Shown here: piece after piece, positions 61,376 through 64,000 of the stretch
Numbering within the stretch: the first letter of the stretch is position 1
How the letters are laid out: the number at the start of each line of letters is the position of its first letter
Source: Candidatus Bathyarchaeota archaeon
Lineage (GTDB): Archaea; Thermoproteota; Bathyarchaeia; TCS64
Assembly (NCBI GenBank): GCA_030739585.1
Contig: JASLYX010000005.1
Location: 14,804-78,803, forward strand
Direction of reading: 5' to 3'
DNA length: 64,000 nt
Notes under the pieces: model-generated
Databases searched by the model: none
What the model was told of the DNA's origin: nothing
Seen by the model: only the letters and a program-made list of their open reading frames with translations
Program-made: the position numbers and the translations under genes

Positions 61376-62443
61376 TTAACGTTTGATCTTCCCCTGGATA
61401 AAGTCTTCCACCAGATTTTTTGCGACGTTGTCACTAATCTGGAACGGGGGATGCTTGAAGGCGTAGGAGGAGATGCTTGTAAGAGGACCGGATATGCCCC
61501 TGTCGAGGGCAAGTTTCACAGCTCGTACGACATCAATGACAACGCCACCGCTGTTAGGTGAATCATTTACCACAAGCTTAAGGTTGAGTGTGATGGGAAG
61601 ATCTCCGAAGCCTTTACCGTCTACCTTGATGTAGCAAATCTTGTGATCCTTAAGAAAAGGAACAAAGTCACTGGGACCGATACGAGTGGGGACCTCGTAG
61701 GGTATCATGCTCGTAACAGCCTCGGTTTTGCTAACCCGCTTCGTGTGAAGCCTATTCTCCACAGTCATATTGAGGAAATCGGTGTTCCCACCGATATTGA
61801 GCTGGTAGGTGGAGTCTACGTGAACCCCTCGATCAGAAAATAATTCCGCAATAGCCCTGTGGAGAATAGTGGCCCCGATCTGGCTCTTAATATCATCCCC
61901 TGCGACGGGGAGGCCGGCATTTATGAAGCTCTTGGCCCACTCAGGAACAGAGGCAATGAACGCGGGAATGCAATTAATGAATGCACAACCGGCTTTAAGA
62001 GCCGCTCGGGCGTAGAACTGAGTGGCCTCGGCGCTACCTACCGGAAGATAGTTGATGAGCATATCTGCCTCAGATTCCCTGAGAGCCTCTACAATGTCAA
62101 CTGGCTCGTGGTCCTCAACGAAGAAGGCCTCCCTCATGTGTGGGGCCACTCCATCTGAGACCGGGCCCGGCTGGACCTTCCTCCCTATCGTAGGGACCTT
62201 GACGAACTTTGCGCAAAGGTTTGGCTCCGCGAAGATGGCCTCCGAGATGTCCATACCAATTTTTTTGCTGTTGACATCAAAAGCGGCAACGAACTCTATG
62301 TCATCGATAAAGTAGCCACCAAAGTCGATGTGCATGAGGCCTGGGATCTCCCCCTCTTTCTGGTGCCGGTAATACTCGACCCCCTGTATTAGTGCGGAGG
62401 CGCAGCTCCCTAGTCCCGCTATTGCGACCCGGATCTTCCCCAA
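61376..62443 (-). CDS. myo-inositol-1-phosphate synthase (archaeal type)
   Basis: N-terminal Rossmann motif VAIAGLGSCASALIQG and a LNIGGNTDF motif resembling the MIPS catalytic region. Confidence 0.7.
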   Translation of the reverse strand: MGKIRVAIAGLGSCASALIQGVEYYRHQKEGEIPGLMHIDFGGYFIDDIEFVAAFDVNSKKIGMDISEAIFAEPNLCAKFVKVPTIGRKVQPGPVSDGVAPHMREAFFVEDHEPVDIVEALRESEADMLINYLPVGSAEATQFYARAALKAGCAFINCIPAFIASVPEWAKSFINAGLPVAGDDIKSQIGATILHRAIAELFSDRGVHVDSTYQLNIGGNTDFLNMTVENRLHTKRVSKTEAVTSMIPYEVPTRIGPSDFVPFLKDHKICYIKVDGKGFGDLPITLNLKLVVNDSPNSGGVVIDVVRAVKLALDRGISGPLTSISSYAFKHPPFQISDNVAKNLVEDFIQGKIKR

Positions 62444-62567
62444 AGTGATGCCTTCGTTGAACTTTCAGTTAAGTACTCATTTCTGTTATTAAAGTGTCCC
62501 TTCGAAAAGAAATCGTTTCCGCTCTGGAATCACTTCAATCGAAGACTAGGGGGGAGAGCAATCTGAT

Positions 62568-62792
62568 TCAAACAATGTCGTTTTTTATGTATTTTCTGAT
62601 TCCTTCATCATCCCGAACCATTTTTATCTTTTCTTTTTTGAAAAGAGACCGGAGGAGCTTAAAAACACGCTTTTCCTCCACCTCCATTACTTGAGCTACC
62701 TCGATCAAACTCATAGGCGTATCATGGATATGCACAAGTATCTGTTTCTTCAGTTTGGCAGTAGACACTTTTTTCGGCTTGGCAACAGACAA
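62568..62792 (-). CDS. small putative winged-helix DNA-binding protein
   Basis: ORF with a basic N-terminus and an HTH-like segment. Confidence 0.3.
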   Translation of the reverse strand: MSVAKPKKVSTAKLKKQILVHIHDTPMSLIEVAQVMEVEEKRVFKLLRSLFKKEKIKMVRDDEGIRKYIKNDIV

Positions 62793-63052
62793 CGTTAATT
62801 CACCTAAGATACATGGTGCTAGGTAAATAAATTAATATTTGTGATTGAATGAAAAGACCAAAAAACGGTAATTTTTCTGATAATCAGTTTTGAATCAACC
62901 TAGTCACACGTGGTTTGTTCATTTTTCCAAAGAGGGACAATACGGTCGTTTATTTTAAGTTTAATAAGGATATTTTTTCTCAATAAAGCACACGCCTGCT
63001 CAAGCTATAAATATCCTAGAAGGCTATTTGAAACCGGAAGGAATTACGAACA

Positions 63053-63316
63053 ATGGCAAAAGTGTCTGTAGAGATAACGGATATTCTTGAGGAAGGGTGG
63101 TGCCCGTTGGATCACAAGATTGGTGAGACGTTTAACTATCCTGAGGATATAGGAAAACTCTGCCCGGCTGCACTCAACTCTATCTACCCTTATCTGAGAA
63201 TATTGGAATCGGGAGGATCCTACGAATACTTCGAAACGCCCAACTCCCACTCTGCCTGCTGCCCCGATTATAAGCGCCCTGTAGTCTTCAAGATATCCCG
63301 TGAAGCATCAGAGTAG
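63053..63316 (+). CDS. small conserved Cys-rich protein (CP...H...CP...CCP pattern), hypothetical
   Basis: 87 aa with spaced Cys/His residues and a strong downstream terminator. Confidence 0.4.
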   Translation: MAKVSVEITDILEEGWCPLDHKIGETFNYPEDIGKLCPAALNSIYPYLRILESGGSYEYFETPNSHSACCPDYKRPVVFKISREASE

Positions 63317-63336
63317 GGGCCCTTTTTTTCTTGATC
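63317..63336 (+). terminator. GC clamp plus oligo-T terminator
   Basis: GGGCCCTTTTTTTCTT immediately after the stop codon. Confidence 0.5.
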
Positions 63337-63589
63337 CGATCAACCACCAAATCTATGGTATGAAAGAGAAAGATAATCAAAGTCTAGTGCTATTTTTTCT
63401 GTATTGATACATCTAATTAATGGAACTTCTGAGGGGGGGGAGGGGTCGTCCTTCTCTCCCTAGTTCTCGCGCGCTGCAGCGGGATAGGTAAATTGATCTC
63501 AGCCAATTATAGATAGACAGTGATTAAGGTGAAAAAGAGTGTGGAAATAAACCTGTTGTCCTGAAAGAAAATTAGATATAACAATTATT

Positions 63590-64000
63590 TCAGGTAAATA
63601 ATTGTCTGAATTGAGGTGGAAAAAGCGAAGGCACTCCCCCGGTATGCCAGAAGACAACTTTGTCGTCCTCAGTGAAGACCTCCTTTTTTATCAAGTCAAT
63701 TAATCCAGCCATGCCTTTACCTGTATAGATAGGATCTAAAAGCACTCCTTCTGTCTTTGCAACAAGCTTAATCGCCTTAATCATGCCCTCAGTAGGAATA
63801 GCATATCCGTTTCCAATGTAATCAATTTTAACGTTGATGTCGTCTGGTCTGAATTCGATATTCAATCCTAGATGATTCGCTGTTCCGTTGATTAGATCCG
63901 TAAGGTTCTGTTCCCAGTTATCTTTCCGTTCACTGATAGCTATTCCCATGACCTCGATATCTGAATTAGCTGCTATCGAGCCTAGACACAGACCACCATA
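63590..64000 (-). CDS. ACC deaminase / D-cysteine desulfhydrase family PLP enzyme, C-terminal part; the N-terminus lies beyond the window
   Basis: LDPIYTGKGMAGLIDLI...VVFWHTGG C-terminal family motifs; the reading frame stays open towards the window edge. Confidence 0.65.
   Translation of the reverse strand, partial: YGGLCLGSIAANSDIEVMGIAISERKDNWEQNLTDLINGTANHLGLNIEFRPDDINVKIDYIGNGYAIPTEGMIKAIKLVAKTEGVLLDPIYTGKGMAGLIDLIKKEVFTEDDKVVFWHTGGVPSLFPPQFRQLFT

Noticed and set aside
1-64000. CRISPR arrays, cas genes, transposases, integrases and restriction-modification genes.
   Set aside because: I found no regularly spaced direct repeats and no ORF with the corresponding catalytic motifs. The only mobile-element hint is the composition-atypical NTase beside tRNA-Pro.

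Overview
This window looks like a gene-dense archaeal chromosomal segment (moderate GC; TFB, A-type ATP synthase, S8e/SRP19/Gar1, SMC-ScpAB, 11-subunit-type nuo operon; possibly a Thermoplasmata-like lineage, though the lineage is only a guess). Reading left to right: a thiolase C-terminal fragment with its DUF35 partner; a PNPOx-like-UbiA fusion prenyltransferase; a nitrilase-superfamily amidase; a divergent HdrD-like / HdrA-MvhD-EtfB-EtfA cluster; tatA-tatC; a 13-gene nuo operon lacking nuoEFG but carrying five antiporter-like subunits, including three tandem NuoM paralogs and a split NuoJ; A1Ao ATP synthase genes arranged F-H-E-A-B-D-C with I and K encoded convergently on the opposite strand; a low-coding-density AT-rich stretch with Lrp and small ORFs; a first TFB paralog (TFB1); an ArsR / ABC-exporter pair / ModE-TOBE operon; UDG; HtpX; ArgS; rubrerythrin-like protein; OCD-family enzyme; tRNA-Pro(UGG) next to a compositionally atypical Pol-beta nucleotidyltransferase; a second TFB paralog (TFB2); a DUF373-like membrane protein; UppS; an M24 peptidase; SMC-ScpA-ScpB; S8e; SRP19; Gar1; myo-inositol-1-phosphate synthase; and a partial ACC-deaminase-family gene. 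I found no CRISPR array, transposase or integrase. The most notable items are the Hdr/Etf module (candidate flavin-based electron-bifurcating system next to beta-oxidation genes), the EtfB-EtfA in-frame junction that lacks a canonical start codon, the expanded antiporter set in the nuo operon, the composition-atypical NTase beside tRNA-Pro, and a recurrent CGCGCG-containing motif largely confined to intergenic DNA.
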